From an uncultured bacterium (GTDB lineage Bacteria > Zixibacteria > MSB-5A5 > CAIYYT01), in contig CAIVAP010000244.1 of assembly GCA_903903945.1 (NCBI GenBank), positions 1-55,259 on the forward strand: a stretch of DNA of 55,259 nucleotides, given 5' to 3'. This document shows, one piece after another, positions 28,680 to 37,926 of this stretch. Each line of letters begins with the position of its first letter. Position 1 is the first letter of the stretch. The notes under the pieces are model-generated. The model made no database searches. It worked only from the letters and a program-made list of their open reading frames with translations, and had not been told where the DNA came from. The position numbers and the translations under genes are program-made.

Positions 28680-29042
28680 CTGACTAGTTTCGAAACCTAT
28701 TTCCCTATCTTCTTTCAAATCGTACTGGCGATAGTTATTGGGGTCTGCATGTTCGGCGTTTCCGCTATGCTGGGCAGGCGTTCCAAGAGTCGCGTCAAGG
28801 ATGAAGCATACGAATGCGGCATCGAAGCTACGACTGATACCCGGCATCGCTTTTCCGTCAAATTCTATCTGGTTGCGATCCTATTCATCGTCTTCGACTT
28901 GGAGACGGTCTTCCTCTTCCCATGGGCAGTCAACTACAAACAACTTGGCTTGTTTGGACTGGTCGAAATGGTCATCTTCGTTCTAATCCTTCTGGTCGGC
29001 TACGTATATATCGTTAAGAAGGGAGCGATCAAATGGGATTAG
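28680..29042 (+). CDS. nuoA: NADH-quinone oxidoreductase subunit A (probable CTG start)
   Basis: [26 protein letters not shown]. The first TM helix begins upstream of ATG 28749. Confidence 0.92.
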   Translation: MTSFETYFPIFFQIVLAIVIGVCMFGVSAMLGRRSKSRVKDEAYECGIEATTDTRHRFSVKFYLVAILFIVFDLETVFLFPWAVNYKQLGLFGLVEMVIFVLILLVGYVYIVKKGAIKWD

Positions 29043-29524
29043 AAGAGAAGATTCCTGACGGTATAATTCTTGCAACTGCAGAGAAAGTGGTCAATTGGGC
29101 GCGCAAACGGTCGACCTGGCCTTTTGGCTTTGGGCTGGCTTGCTGTGCGATTGAAATGATGTCAAGCTTCGGCCCCAAGTACGACCTTTCCCGTTTTGGC
29201 ATGGAAGTTATGCGCGCCTCGCCACGGCAGGCGGATTTGATGATAGTAGCCGGCCGAGTTTCCAACAAGATGGCGCCGGTGCTTAAACGGCTTTACGATC
29301 AAATGCCCAATCCGAAATGGGTGATCTCCATGGGTGCCTGTGCGTCTTGTGGCGGCATTTTCAACAACTACGCCATTTTGCAGGGCGTCGATAAGATCGT
29401 GCCGGTCGATATCTATGTTCCCGGTTGCCCGCCGCGACCGGAGCAGTTGATCGATGGCATCGTGAAGCTGCAGAAGTTGATCGATCAGGAGAAGCTCAAA
29501 GGCGATTCCAGGCAGAGCGCCTGA
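29033..29524 (+). CDS. nuoB: NADH-quinone oxidoreductase subunit B
   Basis: [29 protein letters not shown]. Confidence 0.97.
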   Translation: MGLEEKIPDGIILATAEKVVNWARKRSTWPFGFGLACCAIEMMSSFGPKYDLSRFGMEVMRASPRQADLMIVAGRVSNKMAPVLKRLYDQMPNPKWVISMGACASCGGIFNNYAILQGVDKIVPVDIYVPGCPPRPEQLIDGIVKLQKLIDQEKLKGDSRQSA

Positions 29525-29562
29525 GTCGAATTGAATCCAGGGACTATAACTGAACTTATTGG

Positions 29563-30063
29563 ATGAGCAACATCACCCGCGAACGAGTTACAGCCCAGTT
29601 CGGCGACAAGATACTCGCAACTACCGAGCACTTCGGTGAGTTGGCGTTTGTCGTCGACAAGTCAACGATTGTCCCCTTGGCGCGTTTTCTCCGTGACGAT
29701 ACCGCGCTGAAATACGTACATCTATCCGATATCACCGCCACCGACTGGCCTGAACGCGAGAAGCGTTTTGAAGTGATCTACCATCTGTACTCCTACGACC
29801 TGACGGAGTACGTCCGATTCAAAGTGCACGTTGCCGACAAAGAATCGGTGCCGACTCTCACCGGCGAATGGGATACCGCCAATTGGCTGGAGCGGGAAGT
29901 GTTCGATCTATTCGGCATACCTTTCGACGGCCATCCCGACTTGCGCCGCATCCTGCTCTGGGATGAATTCGAGGGACATCCGCTTCGCAAAGACTATCCA
30001 TTGACCTACGAAACCCCGCAATTCACATACAACAAAGACCAGCCGCCGGAGGTCATCAAGTAG
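29563..30063 (+). CDS. nuoC: NADH-quinone oxidoreductase subunit C
   Basis: ANWLEREVFDLFGI, GHPLRKDYP. Confidence 0.96.
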   Translation: MSNITRERVTAQFGDKILATTEHFGELAFVVDKSTIVPLARFLRDDTALKYVHLSDITATDWPEREKRFEVIYHLYSYDLTEYVRFKVHVADKESVPTLTGEWDTANWLEREVFDLFGIPFDGHPDLRRILLWDEFEGHPLRKDYPLTYETPQFTYNKDQPPEVIK

Positions 30064-31232
30064 TGCAAACTGAGACGATGACCGTCAACCTCGGTCCTCA
30101 GCATCCGGCGACCCACGGCGTTCTGCGTGTGGTCCTGGAGCTTGACGGCGAGGTAGTTATAAAATGTACTCCCGAAGTTGGCTATTTGCATACCGGCATC
30201 GAGAAGACCGCCGAAGCAAAGCTCTACTACAAAGTCATTCCGATGACCGACCGCATGGACTATCTCGCGCCGATGTCGAACAATCTCGGCTATTGTCTGG
30301 CGGTCGAGAAGTTGCTTGGCGTTGAAGCGCCACCAAAAGCACAGTGGGCGAGAGTTCTGCTGACGGAAATCACGCGGCTGAATTCACATTTAGTCTGGCT
30401 TGGTACGCATGCTCTTGACATTGGCGCCATGAGCATGTTGCTATACGTCTTTCGCGAGCGCGAGGACTTGCTCACCATATATGAAGCCGTCTCCGGCCAG
30501 CGGATGATGTCTACCTATTTCCGCATCGGCGGACTGACGGATGACTTGCCGAGTGACTTCGAACCAATGGTGCGCAAGGTTATCAGGACTTTTCCGGTTC
30601 GCTTCGATGAATACGAGAACATCCTGACCAACAACCGCATCTGGCGTAACCGCACTGTCGGTGTTGGTGTGATTAGCAAGGAAGAGGCCATCAAGTCGGG
30701 GATCACCGGTCCCATACTTAGAGCAGCCGGTGTCAAACACGATCTCCGCAAGGTCAGACCATATTCCAGCTATGAAAAGTTTGATTTTGATATACCGACT
30801 CAGGAAGCTTCCGACTGTTTTGCGCGATATCAAGTGCGCCTCGAGGAAATGCGGCAGAGCTTGCGCATCATTCAACAGGCAATAGACGGCATGCCGGAAG
30901 GCCGCTATCTCGCGCGCGTGCCGGGCGTCGTCCGACCTACCAAGGAAGAAGCGCTCTTTCAGATGGAGGCCATGATTTACCACTTCAAATTGGTTACCGA
31001 AGGTTTCCACCCTCCGAAAGGCGAAGTGTACGTAACGATCGAGTCACCCAAGGGAGAACTGGGATACTACATCGTTTCCGACGGCGGTACCATGCCCTAT
31101 CGCATGCGCGTGCGGCCACCGAGCTTTGTCAATATCTCGGCGCTCTCGAAACTCGTGGTCGGCAGATTGCTGGCGGATGTGATCGCCTGCATCGGTTCGG
31201 TTGATATCGTACTTGGCGAGGTGGACAGATGA
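30063..31232 (+). CDS. nuoD: NADH-quinone oxidoreductase subunit D
   Basis: NLGPQHPATHGVLR, GYLHTG, ESPKGELG, DIVLGEVDR. Confidence 0.97.
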   Translation: MQTETMTVNLGPQHPATHGVLRVVLELDGEVVIKCTPEVGYLHTGIEKTAEAKLYYKVIPMTDRMDYLAPMSNNLGYCLAVEKLLGVEAPPKAQWARVLLTEITRLNSHLVWLGTHALDIGAMSMLLYVFREREDLLTIYEAVSGQRMMSTYFRIGGLTDDLPSDFEPMVRKVIRTFPVRFDEYENILTNNRIWRNRTVGVGVISKEEAIKSGITGPILRAAGVKHDLRKVRPYSSYEKFDFDIPTQEASDCFARYQVRLEEMRQSLRIIQQAIDGMPEGRYLARVPGVVRPTKEEALFQMEAMIYHFKLVTEGFHPPKGEVYVTIESPKGELGYYIVSDGGTMPYRMRVRPPSFVNISALSKLVVGRLLADVIACIGSVDIVLGEVDR

Positions 31233-31705
31233 TCTTATCAGATTCGGCCAAGTTACAGATTTCGCAAACCGCCACGCGCTATCCCAAAGTCAGGTCGGCG
31301 ATTCTTCCGGCGCTGCATGTCGCGTATGAAGAGCACGGCTATCTGAGTGACCAGATGTATGAAGAAATCGCGCAGGTACTTGGTGTGAAGTTTATCGAAG
31401 TCGCCGAAGCGGCGTCATTCTACACAATGTTTCCCAAGGCCAAACGCGGCAAGTATCTGATTCAGGTTTGTCGCAACATCTCCTGTGCGTTGCTCGGTTC
31501 GCATCATTTGACTACGTATTTGCTAGACAAACTGAATGTCGGGTTGGGCGAAATCACGGCGGATGGTTTATTCACGGTTGTTGAAGCCGAATGTCTCGGT
31601 AGTTGCACTACCGCCCCGATGATGCAGGTCAATGCGCACTATTACGAAAACCTGACGGTCGAAAAAGTCGATCGCCTAATTGAAGAATTCCGGAGTCAGA
31701 AATAG
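31229..31705 (+). CDS. nuoE: NADH-quinone oxidoreductase subunit E
   Basis: VCRNISC...ECLGSC 2Fe-2S motif. Confidence 0.95.
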   Translation: MILSDSAKLQISQTATRYPKVRSAILPALHVAYEEHGYLSDQMYEEIAQVLGVKFIEVAEAASFYTMFPKAKRGKYLIQVCRNISCALLGSHHLTTYLLDKLNVGLGEITADGLFTVVEAECLGSCTTAPMMQVNAHYYENLTVEKVDRLIEEFRSQK

Positions 31706-31710
31706 AGCCG

Positions 31711-33000
31711 ATGGAAACCAAGTTACTATCACAGTTTGTTGGCGATCCGCAGCAACATTCGATTGAACGTGCCATCGAGCATGGCGCCTACCAGGCATGG
31801 CAGAAGGTGCTGAAAGAAATCGCTCCCGCCGACCTGATTCAGATTGTCAAAGATTCCGGTTTACGTGGTCGCGGTGGCGCCGGATTTCCGACCGGCATGA
31901 AATGGGGCTTCGTGCCCAAAGAAACGCTTAAGCCCAAGTATCTTTGCTGCAATGCCGATGAATCCGAACCCGGTACCTGCAAGGACCGCGTGCTGCTCGA
32001 AGGTGACCCGCATGCTGTTGTCGAAGGTATGATGATTGCGTCCTATGCAATCGATTGTCACACGGCGTTCTTCTACATCCGGGGTGAATATGATGTCGGT
32101 CAAGTCCGGATGTCCAAGGCCATCGACGATGCGTACGCGAAAGGCTTCCTCGGCAAAAACATTCTCGGCAGTGGCTACGATCTTGATATCGTCGTTCATC
32201 GTGGCGGCGGCGCCTATATCTGTGGCGAGGAGACCGCGCTCTTGAGTTCTCTTGAGGGGGACAAGGGTTTGGCGCGCCTGAAGCCGCCGTTCCCGGCTGT
32301 GGAAGGACTATACAATTGTCCCACCATCATCAACAACGTCGAGACGTTAGCCAATCTCCCGCACATCGTTATGAAAGGTGCGCAATGGTTCGCCGGTCTC
32401 GGCACTGAGAAATCCAAAGGCACTCGTATTTTCTCCGTTTCCGGCCATGTAAAGAACCCCGGCAACTATGAACTTGAACTGGGTTACTCCTTGCGAGACC
32501 TAGTCTACGGCCTTGCCGGTGGCATTCTCGATGACAAACCGCTGAAGGCTATCATCCCTGGAGGTTCATCAACACCGCTTCTGCTTCCCGACAAGATCGA
32601 CACCAAATTAGATTTCGAATCTGTCGCCGCTGCCGGTTCAATGCTTGGCTCCGGCGCGGTGATCGTGATACACGAAGAAACCTGTATTGTTTGGGTGGCC
32701 GAAATTCTGGCGCATTTCTATATGCACGAATCCTGCGGCAAGTGTACGCCTTGTCGGCAAGGCACCGGCTGGATGTACGAGATACTCCGTCGAATCGAAG
32801 CCGGTCATGGCAAAATGGAAGACATCGATACGCTGTTGGACATCGCCGACAACATCGAGGGCAATACGATCTGCCCGTTGGGGGATGCCGCTGCCGTGCC
32901 GGTGATTTCGACCGTCAAATTGTTCCGTGATGAGTACGTCTATCACATCGAACATGGCAAGTGCAAGGTTCGATCACAGTTCAGATTGAGAGTGAAATGA
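31711..33000 (+). CDS. nuoF: NADH-quinone oxidoreductase subunit F
   Basis: GRGGAGFPTG, NADESEPG, YICGEETAL, ESCGKCTPCR. Confidence 0.97.
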   Translation: METKLLSQFVGDPQQHSIERAIEHGAYQAWQKVLKEIAPADLIQIVKDSGLRGRGGAGFPTGMKWGFVPKETLKPKYLCCNADESEPGTCKDRVLLEGDPHAVVEGMMIASYAIDCHTAFFYIRGEYDVGQVRMSKAIDDAYAKGFLGKNILGSGYDLDIVVHRGGGAYICGEETALLSSLEGDKGLARLKPPFPAVEGLYNCPTIINNVETLANLPHIVMKGAQWFAGLGTEKSKGTRIFSVSGHVKNPGNYELELGYSLRDLVYGLAGGILDDKPLKAIIPGGSSTPLLLPDKIDTKLDFESVAAAGSMLGSGAVIVIHEETCIVWVAEILAHFYMHESCGKCTPCRQGTGWMYEILRRIEAGHGKMEDIDTLLDIADNIEGNTICPLGDAAAVPVISTVKLFRDEYVYHIEHGKCKVRSQFRLRVK

Positions 33001-35597
33001 GCGATTTCAATATCACCGTTAACGGTCAGCAGGTTCCCGTTACCAAAGGGCAAACGGTGTTGCAGGCATCACTGGCCGCCGGTATCGATATCCCCGTTTT
33101 CTGCTGGCATGCGCAACTGGTGCCGGTAGGCGCTTGCCGTATCTGCCTCGTTGAGATCGAGAAGCTACCCAAGCTACAGGTCGCCTGTGCGACAATTGCT
33201 TCCGAGGGCATGATCGTGCACACCGACTCGCCCAAAACCATCAAGGCGCGGCAGGGCGTCCTCGAATTTATTCTGGCTCATCATCCGCTCGATTGTCCGA
33301 CTTGCGACAAGGGGGGCGAATGTGATCTGCAAAATCTGACTTTCAAATACGGTCTTGATTATAGCCGTCAGCATGAACCTAAGCATCGCGTCATTGTCGA
33401 TGCCAACTCAACCTTCGACGACTTGTTGATTGGACCTGAAATCATACGCAATCAGAATCGCTGCATCCACTGCTATCGCTGCACCCGTATTGTCGATGAA
33501 ATCGCGTTTGAAGACGATCTCGGCGCTTATCAACGCGGTTACCATACGGAGATCTTGCCACCACCCGGGCGTGAGATTCGCAATCTCTATTCCGGCAACG
33601 TCGTCGAATACTGTCCGGTCGGCGCCCTGACCAATGACGACTGGCGCTACAAGGTCCGCGTCTGGTTGACCAAACAGACCAACGTGATCTGCCCGCATTG
33701 CCCGGACGGCTGCAACCTGAAGCTGTGGACTTTCCATAACAAGCTGTTCCGCGCCACCAGCAACGCCAATGAAAACATTGACAATGGCTTTCTCTGTGAC
33801 ATCGGTCGCTATGGCTACCGGTATGTCGCCAGCGCCGATCGCATCAAACGCCCGATGGTAAGACGAGCAGGCGAACTGGTGGAAACCGGCTGGGAAGAGG
33901 CGCTGACTTTCATAAAAAAGCAGACTGATGATATCAAATCCAAGCTTTCCGGCAGTGGTTTCTTTGGCTTCATCGGTGACATTAGAACCAACGAGGAAAT
34001 CTACGCATTCCAACGCTTACTGCGGCGTGTGATCGGCTCCAACAATATCGACCACCGCTTCCATCGCCGTCGTCGACTGACTCCGGGAGAGGAAGTTATC
34101 AGTCGCGGTATCGAATCCGATAACGCAGAATACAAAGACATCGAAAACGCCGACGTCATTATCGTGCTCGGTTCCGACCTGCATTCGGAAAATCCGATCA
34201 CCTCGCTACGAGTCAAACGCGCGGTGAAGCGCCACAACGCGAAGGTGATTCTGCTCAATCCGTTGCCGACGCCGCTCGGTAAGCGCACTGCAACGGTAGA
34301 GGTCATCTATAAGCAGGGTACGGCAGCGGTGCTGCTGCACAGTCTCATTGACGCGATGGTCGATCTGAACCAGTTCGACGCTTCTGCCGTCAAGCTGTCT
34401 GCTGCCGATATTGCTGACTTCCGCAAAGCCAACGCTGCATACTCGGGAGTTAAGGGTTCCGAAATCACGGGCGTCGACGTGTCGTTAGTAGCGCGCGTCG
34501 CGGAAATGTTGGCTGCCGCACAGAATGTTTTCATTCTCGCCGGTAGTTATATTGAACGTGATCCTTTACGTGACTCACTGCATCTCGCCGTTGCGAACCT
34601 GCAGTCCTTCTGCAAATCCGCTCGGAAAATATTCCTGCCGCCTGACAGCAACTCTGTCGGCGCGGCGTTTCTTGGAGCCGAACCGACCGTTCTCCCGGGA
34701 AGACAGTCATGGGCGAAAAAAGCTGTCTGCGAAGATCTGTGGCATGGCCCGATTTCGGATGCACCGGGCAAGGACACAATCGGGATTCTCGAAGCGATTG
34801 ACGAAGATGAAATCGAATGCGGGTTTGTGTTCAATGCCGATCCGGTGCGGTTGTTCCCCGACGGCGAATATGTCCGGTCAGTCATGGAAAAACTCAAGCT
34901 GCTGGTTGTGATCGACAGTTTTATGACCGATACCGCGCGGTTTGCAGATGTCATCTTGCCGCTGTCAACCTTTGCCGAGATCGAGGGTACTCGCGTCAAC
35001 TGGGAGAAGCGCATGCAGTATTCGCAGCGTGCGATTCCACCTCTGCATGAATCCAAACCCGGTTGCCAGATCATTGAACTGCTTGCCGATCGACTCGGTG
35101 TCAGGTTCAATCAGCCGAATCCCGCGGATGTCTATCAGGAAATGGCGAAGTTCCTTCCGACAGGCGCCCCGACAATCTACGCAGGAATAGGGAAGGACGG
35201 TTTCCTGATTCGCAGTGTGGCAGCCAACAAACCGGGCAAGCTTGCTGATCTCAGATTCGTGGCGCCTGCAATCGATACAGAATATCGGTTTTTCCTGCTC
35301 GTGGGCAACGCCGATCATCATCGTGGCGCCCTGACGGAACGCAATGAAACCTTGATGAAGTTCACCAGCGAACCGTTCGTCGGCATCAGCGAGGCCGATG
35401 CCACCGATCTGGCTGTGTCGGACGGCGACCTAGTGAAAGTCGAATCCAAGTATGGCAGGGTTGTCGGCAAAGCCATGATCCTGCGCGACTTCCCAAGTAG
35501 GCGTGTCTTGTTGCCTGAGAACTTCGGTGAGATGAGTACTAATGTCTTGATGGGACGTCAGGACAAGATAGACCTGGTCAGATTGGCGAAGATGTAG
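32997..35597 (+). CDS. nuoG: NADH-quinone oxidoreductase subunit G
   Basis: GACRICLVE, HPLDCPTCDKGGECDLQ, RCIHCYRC, CPVGAL, CPHCPDGC. Confidence 0.95.
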   Translation: MSDFNITVNGQQVPVTKGQTVLQASLAAGIDIPVFCWHAQLVPVGACRICLVEIEKLPKLQVACATIASEGMIVHTDSPKTIKARQGVLEFILAHHPLDCPTCDKGGECDLQNLTFKYGLDYSRQHEPKHRVIVDANSTFDDLLIGPEIIRNQNRCIHCYRCTRIVDEIAFEDDLGAYQRGYHTEILPPPGREIRNLYSGNVVEYCPVGALTNDDWRYKVRVWLTKQTNVICPHCPDGCNLKLWTFHNKLFRATSNANENIDNGFLCDIGRYGYRYVASADRIKRPMVRRAGELVETGWEEALTFIKKQTDDIKSKLSGSGFFGFIGDIRTNEEIYAFQRLLRRVIGSNNIDHRFHRRRRLTPGEEVISRGIESDNAEYKDIENADVIIVLGSDLHSENPITSLRVKRAVKRHNAKVILLNPLPTPLGKRTATVEVIYKQGTAAVLLHSLIDAMVDLNQFDASAVKLSAADIADFRKANAAYSGVKGSEITGVDVSLVARVAEMLAAAQNVFILAGSYIERDPLRDSLHLAVANLQSFCKSARKIFLPPDSNSVGAAFLGAEPTVLPGRQSWAKKAVCEDLWHGPISDAPGKDTIGILEAIDEDEIECGFVFNADPVRLFPDGEYVRSVMEKLKLLVVIDSFMTDTARFADVILPLSTFAEIEGTRVNWEKRMQYSQRAIPPLHESKPGCQIIELLADRLGVRFNQPNPADVYQEMAKFLPTGAPTIYAGIGKDGFLIRSVAANKPGKLADLRFVAPAIDTEYRFFLLVGNADHHRGALTERNETLMKFTSEPFVGISEADATDLAVSDGDLVKVESKYGRVVGKAMILRDFPSRRVLLPENFGEMSTNVLMGRQDKIDLVRLAKM

Positions 35598-35598
35598 C

Positions 35599-36582
35599 AT
35601 GTTGGAATTCGTTCTCATCACCGTAGTCAAGGCCGTTGTGGTCGTCACTGTCCTGCTATTGACCTGTGCCTGGATGACCTATGCCGAGCGCAAGATACTG
35701 GCTCGGATGCAGTCTCGCATCGGCCCCAACGTCGCTGGTTGGAAGGGTCTTCTGCAACCGGTTGCCGATTTGGTGAAGCTCCTTTTCAAAGAAGAAGTAA
35801 TTCCGGGTGGAGCGCAGCGAACCTTGTATCTGCTCGCGCCGTTGCTCGCATTTATTCCGGCGATGTTGCCGATTGCCATGATTCCGTTCGGCAGCAAAAT
35901 CACTCTCTTTGGGCGCGAGATCAATCTCGTCATTGCCAATTATGACAATGGTCTTCTGTTCATCCTGGCCGTGGCTTCGCTTAGTGTCTACGGCATCGTT
36001 ATGGCCGGTTGGTCGGCCAACAGCAAATATTCGTTGCTGGGTGGCCTGCGGTCTTCGGCACAGATGATCTCTTATGAAATCGGCATCGGCATGTCGCTCA
36101 TCGGCATCGTGCTGCTTGCCGGAACTCTTAATCTCGTCGATATCGTGGGACAACAAAACGTCTGGTACAAATGGTTCATCTTCCGCCAGCCGATCGGATT
36201 CCTCCTCTATTTCGTCTGCGCCATTGCCGAGACCAATCGCGCACCCTTTGATCTACCGGAAGCGGAATCTGAGTTGGTCGCCGGCTATTTCACCGAGTAT
36301 TCCTCCATGCGCTTCGGTCTATTCTTTGTCGGCGAGTATGCCAACATGGTCACCGTGGCGACGGTGGCAACCACCCTCTTTCTGGGTGGCTGGCAAGGGC
36401 CGTTCTTGCCGCCGGTATTGTGGTTTATTATCAAAGCTGTCGCCGTGTTGTTCATATATATTTGGATTCGCGCCAGTTTGCCGCGATTTCGTTATGATCA
36501 GTTGATGAAGTTTGGATGGTATGTCGTTATCCCGCTAGCGCTGGCCAATATCTTAGTTACAGCGCTGGTTGACTTGCTGTAG
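35599..36582 (+). CDS. nuoH: NADH-quinone oxidoreductase subunit H
   Basis: RIGPN, GLLQPVAD, RAPFDLPEAESELVAG, PRFRYDQLM. Confidence 0.97.
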   Translation: MLEFVLITVVKAVVVVTVLLLTCAWMTYAERKILARMQSRIGPNVAGWKGLLQPVADLVKLLFKEEVIPGGAQRTLYLLAPLLAFIPAMLPIAMIPFGSKITLFGREINLVIANYDNGLLFILAVASLSVYGIVMAGWSANSKYSLLGGLRSSAQMISYEIGIGMSLIGIVLLAGTLNLVDIVGQQNVWYKWFIFRQPIGFLLYFVCAIAETNRAPFDLPEAESELVAGYFTEYSSMRFGLFFVGEYANMVTVATVATTLFLGGWQGPFLPPVLWFIIKAVAVLFIYIWIRASLPRFRYDQLMKFGWYVVIPLALANILVTALVDLL

Positions 36583-36586
36583 GAGA

Positions 36587-37102
36587 ATGTCGTTGTTTAG
36601 AGTGCTGAAACAGATATTCGTCGCGATTCCGATCGGCATGTACACCGTGCTCAAGCAGGCGTTCCGCAAGCCGGTGACGATTCAATACCCGTTTGAGAAG
36701 GAACCGATGATGCCCCGATATCGGGGTTTGCATTTCCTCGAACGTTATGAGGACGGCTCCGAGCGCTGCGTTTGCTGTGGCCTCTGTGCCGCTTCCTGCC
36801 CCGCTGATGCGATCTACATGGAACCGGCCGAGACCGACAAAGGCGAACGCTATGCCAAAATCTATGAAATCAACGAGTTGCGCTGCATCTTCTGCGGCTT
36901 CTGCGAGGAGGCCTGTCCGGAAGAGGCGATCTTCCTCGGCAAGGAATACGAATTCGCCGATTCAGAGCGCGACGAATTTATTTATACTAAGGAAGACCTG
37001 TTAGTGAAATGGCCGCGCGAAAGACCGTCGCCGATCAAGTTCATTCGCAAGGATCGGCGGGTCACTTGGGAAAGTCTGCCTGAGGAGCAGAAACAGCAAT
37101 AA
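36587..37102 (+). CDS. nuoI: NADH-quinone oxidoreductase subunit I
   Basis: Two CxxCxxCxxxCP motifs. Confidence 0.96.
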   Translation: MSLFRVLKQIFVAIPIGMYTVLKQAFRKPVTIQYPFEKEPMMPRYRGLHFLERYEDGSERCVCCGLCAASCPADAIYMEPAETDKGERYAKIYEINELRCIFCGFCEEACPEEAIFLGKEYEFADSERDEFIYTKEDLLVKWPRERPSPIKFIRKDRRVTWESLPEEQKQQ

Positions 37103-37106
37103 GCTT

Positions 37107-37607
37107 ATGGAACTGGCAATCTTTATACTCACATCTCTGGTTGCAATCGTCGCAGCGCTATTGGTAATCCTGCAGCGAAACCCGATTGCCTCCGTGATGT
37201 ATCTCATGACCACCTTCGTCGCGCAGGCAATTCTGTTCATCCAACTGCGGGCGGCGTTTATTGCCATTCTGCAGGTTATCGTTTATGCCGGCGCAATCAT
37301 GGTCTTGTTCTTGTTCGTGATCATGCTGCTCAATCTTCGCCGCGAAGATTTCGGCAAAGACATCAAATTGAAATACAAGCCATTGGCGGTTGCCTTCGCC
37401 GTGGTCTTGTTGATAGAAACCCTTGTCGTTATCAATGCTTCCATGATTCCCGCTTTGCCCGGAGCTAATCTGCCAGCGACGTTCGGATCGGTGCAGGGAG
37501 TCGGCAAGGAGTTGTTTACGACGTATCTCTATCCTTTTGAACTGACGTCGGTGTTGTTGATTGTGGCAATTCTCGGCGCCGTGGTAATGGCAAAGAAGAA
37601 ACTGTGA
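37107..37607 (+). CDS. nuoJ: NADH-quinone oxidoreductase subunit J
   Basis: QVIVYAGAIMVLFLFVIMLL, PFELTS. Confidence 0.96.
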   Translation: MELAIFILTSLVAIVAALLVILQRNPIASVMYLMTTFVAQAILFIQLRAAFIAILQVIVYAGAIMVLFLFVIMLLNLRREDFGKDIKLKYKPLAVAFAVVLLIETLVVINASMIPALPGANLPATFGSVQGVGKELFTTYLYPFELTSVLLIVAILGAVVMAKKKL

Positions 37608-37610
37608 ACT

Positions 37611-37913
37611 ATGGTTCCGCTTGAATACTATCTAGTTGTCGCCGGCATCATCTTCACGATTGGGATGATCGGAGTGATCGTTGCCCGCAACATTATCATA
37701 ATTTTCATGGCGATAGAACTGATGCTTAATGCCGCCAATCTTGCCATGATTGCCTTTTCCCGCAATCTCGGTTCGATGGGGGGGCATGTGATGGTGTTCA
37801 TGATTATGACCGTTGCCGCTGCTGAGGCTGCTGTTGGTCTGTCAATTATCATAGCGCTCTTTCGTAATCGAGATAGCGCCAACATTGATGAAGTCAATTT
37901 GATGAAGTGGTAG
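37611..37913 (+). CDS. nuoK: NADH-quinone oxidoreductase subunit K
   Basis: IELMLNA, VAAAEAAVGL. Confidence 0.96.
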   Translation: MVPLEYYLVVAGIIFTIGMIGVIVARNIIIIFMAIELMLNAANLAMIAFSRNLGSMGGHVMVFMIMTVAAAEAAVGLSIIIALFRNRDSANIDEVNLMKW

Positions 37914-37926
37914 GCGAGAGGATACG

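Noticed and set aside
28382-28687. ORFs overlapping the 147-bp repeats (also 50048-50446)
   Set aside because: Spurious frames through palindromic repeats.
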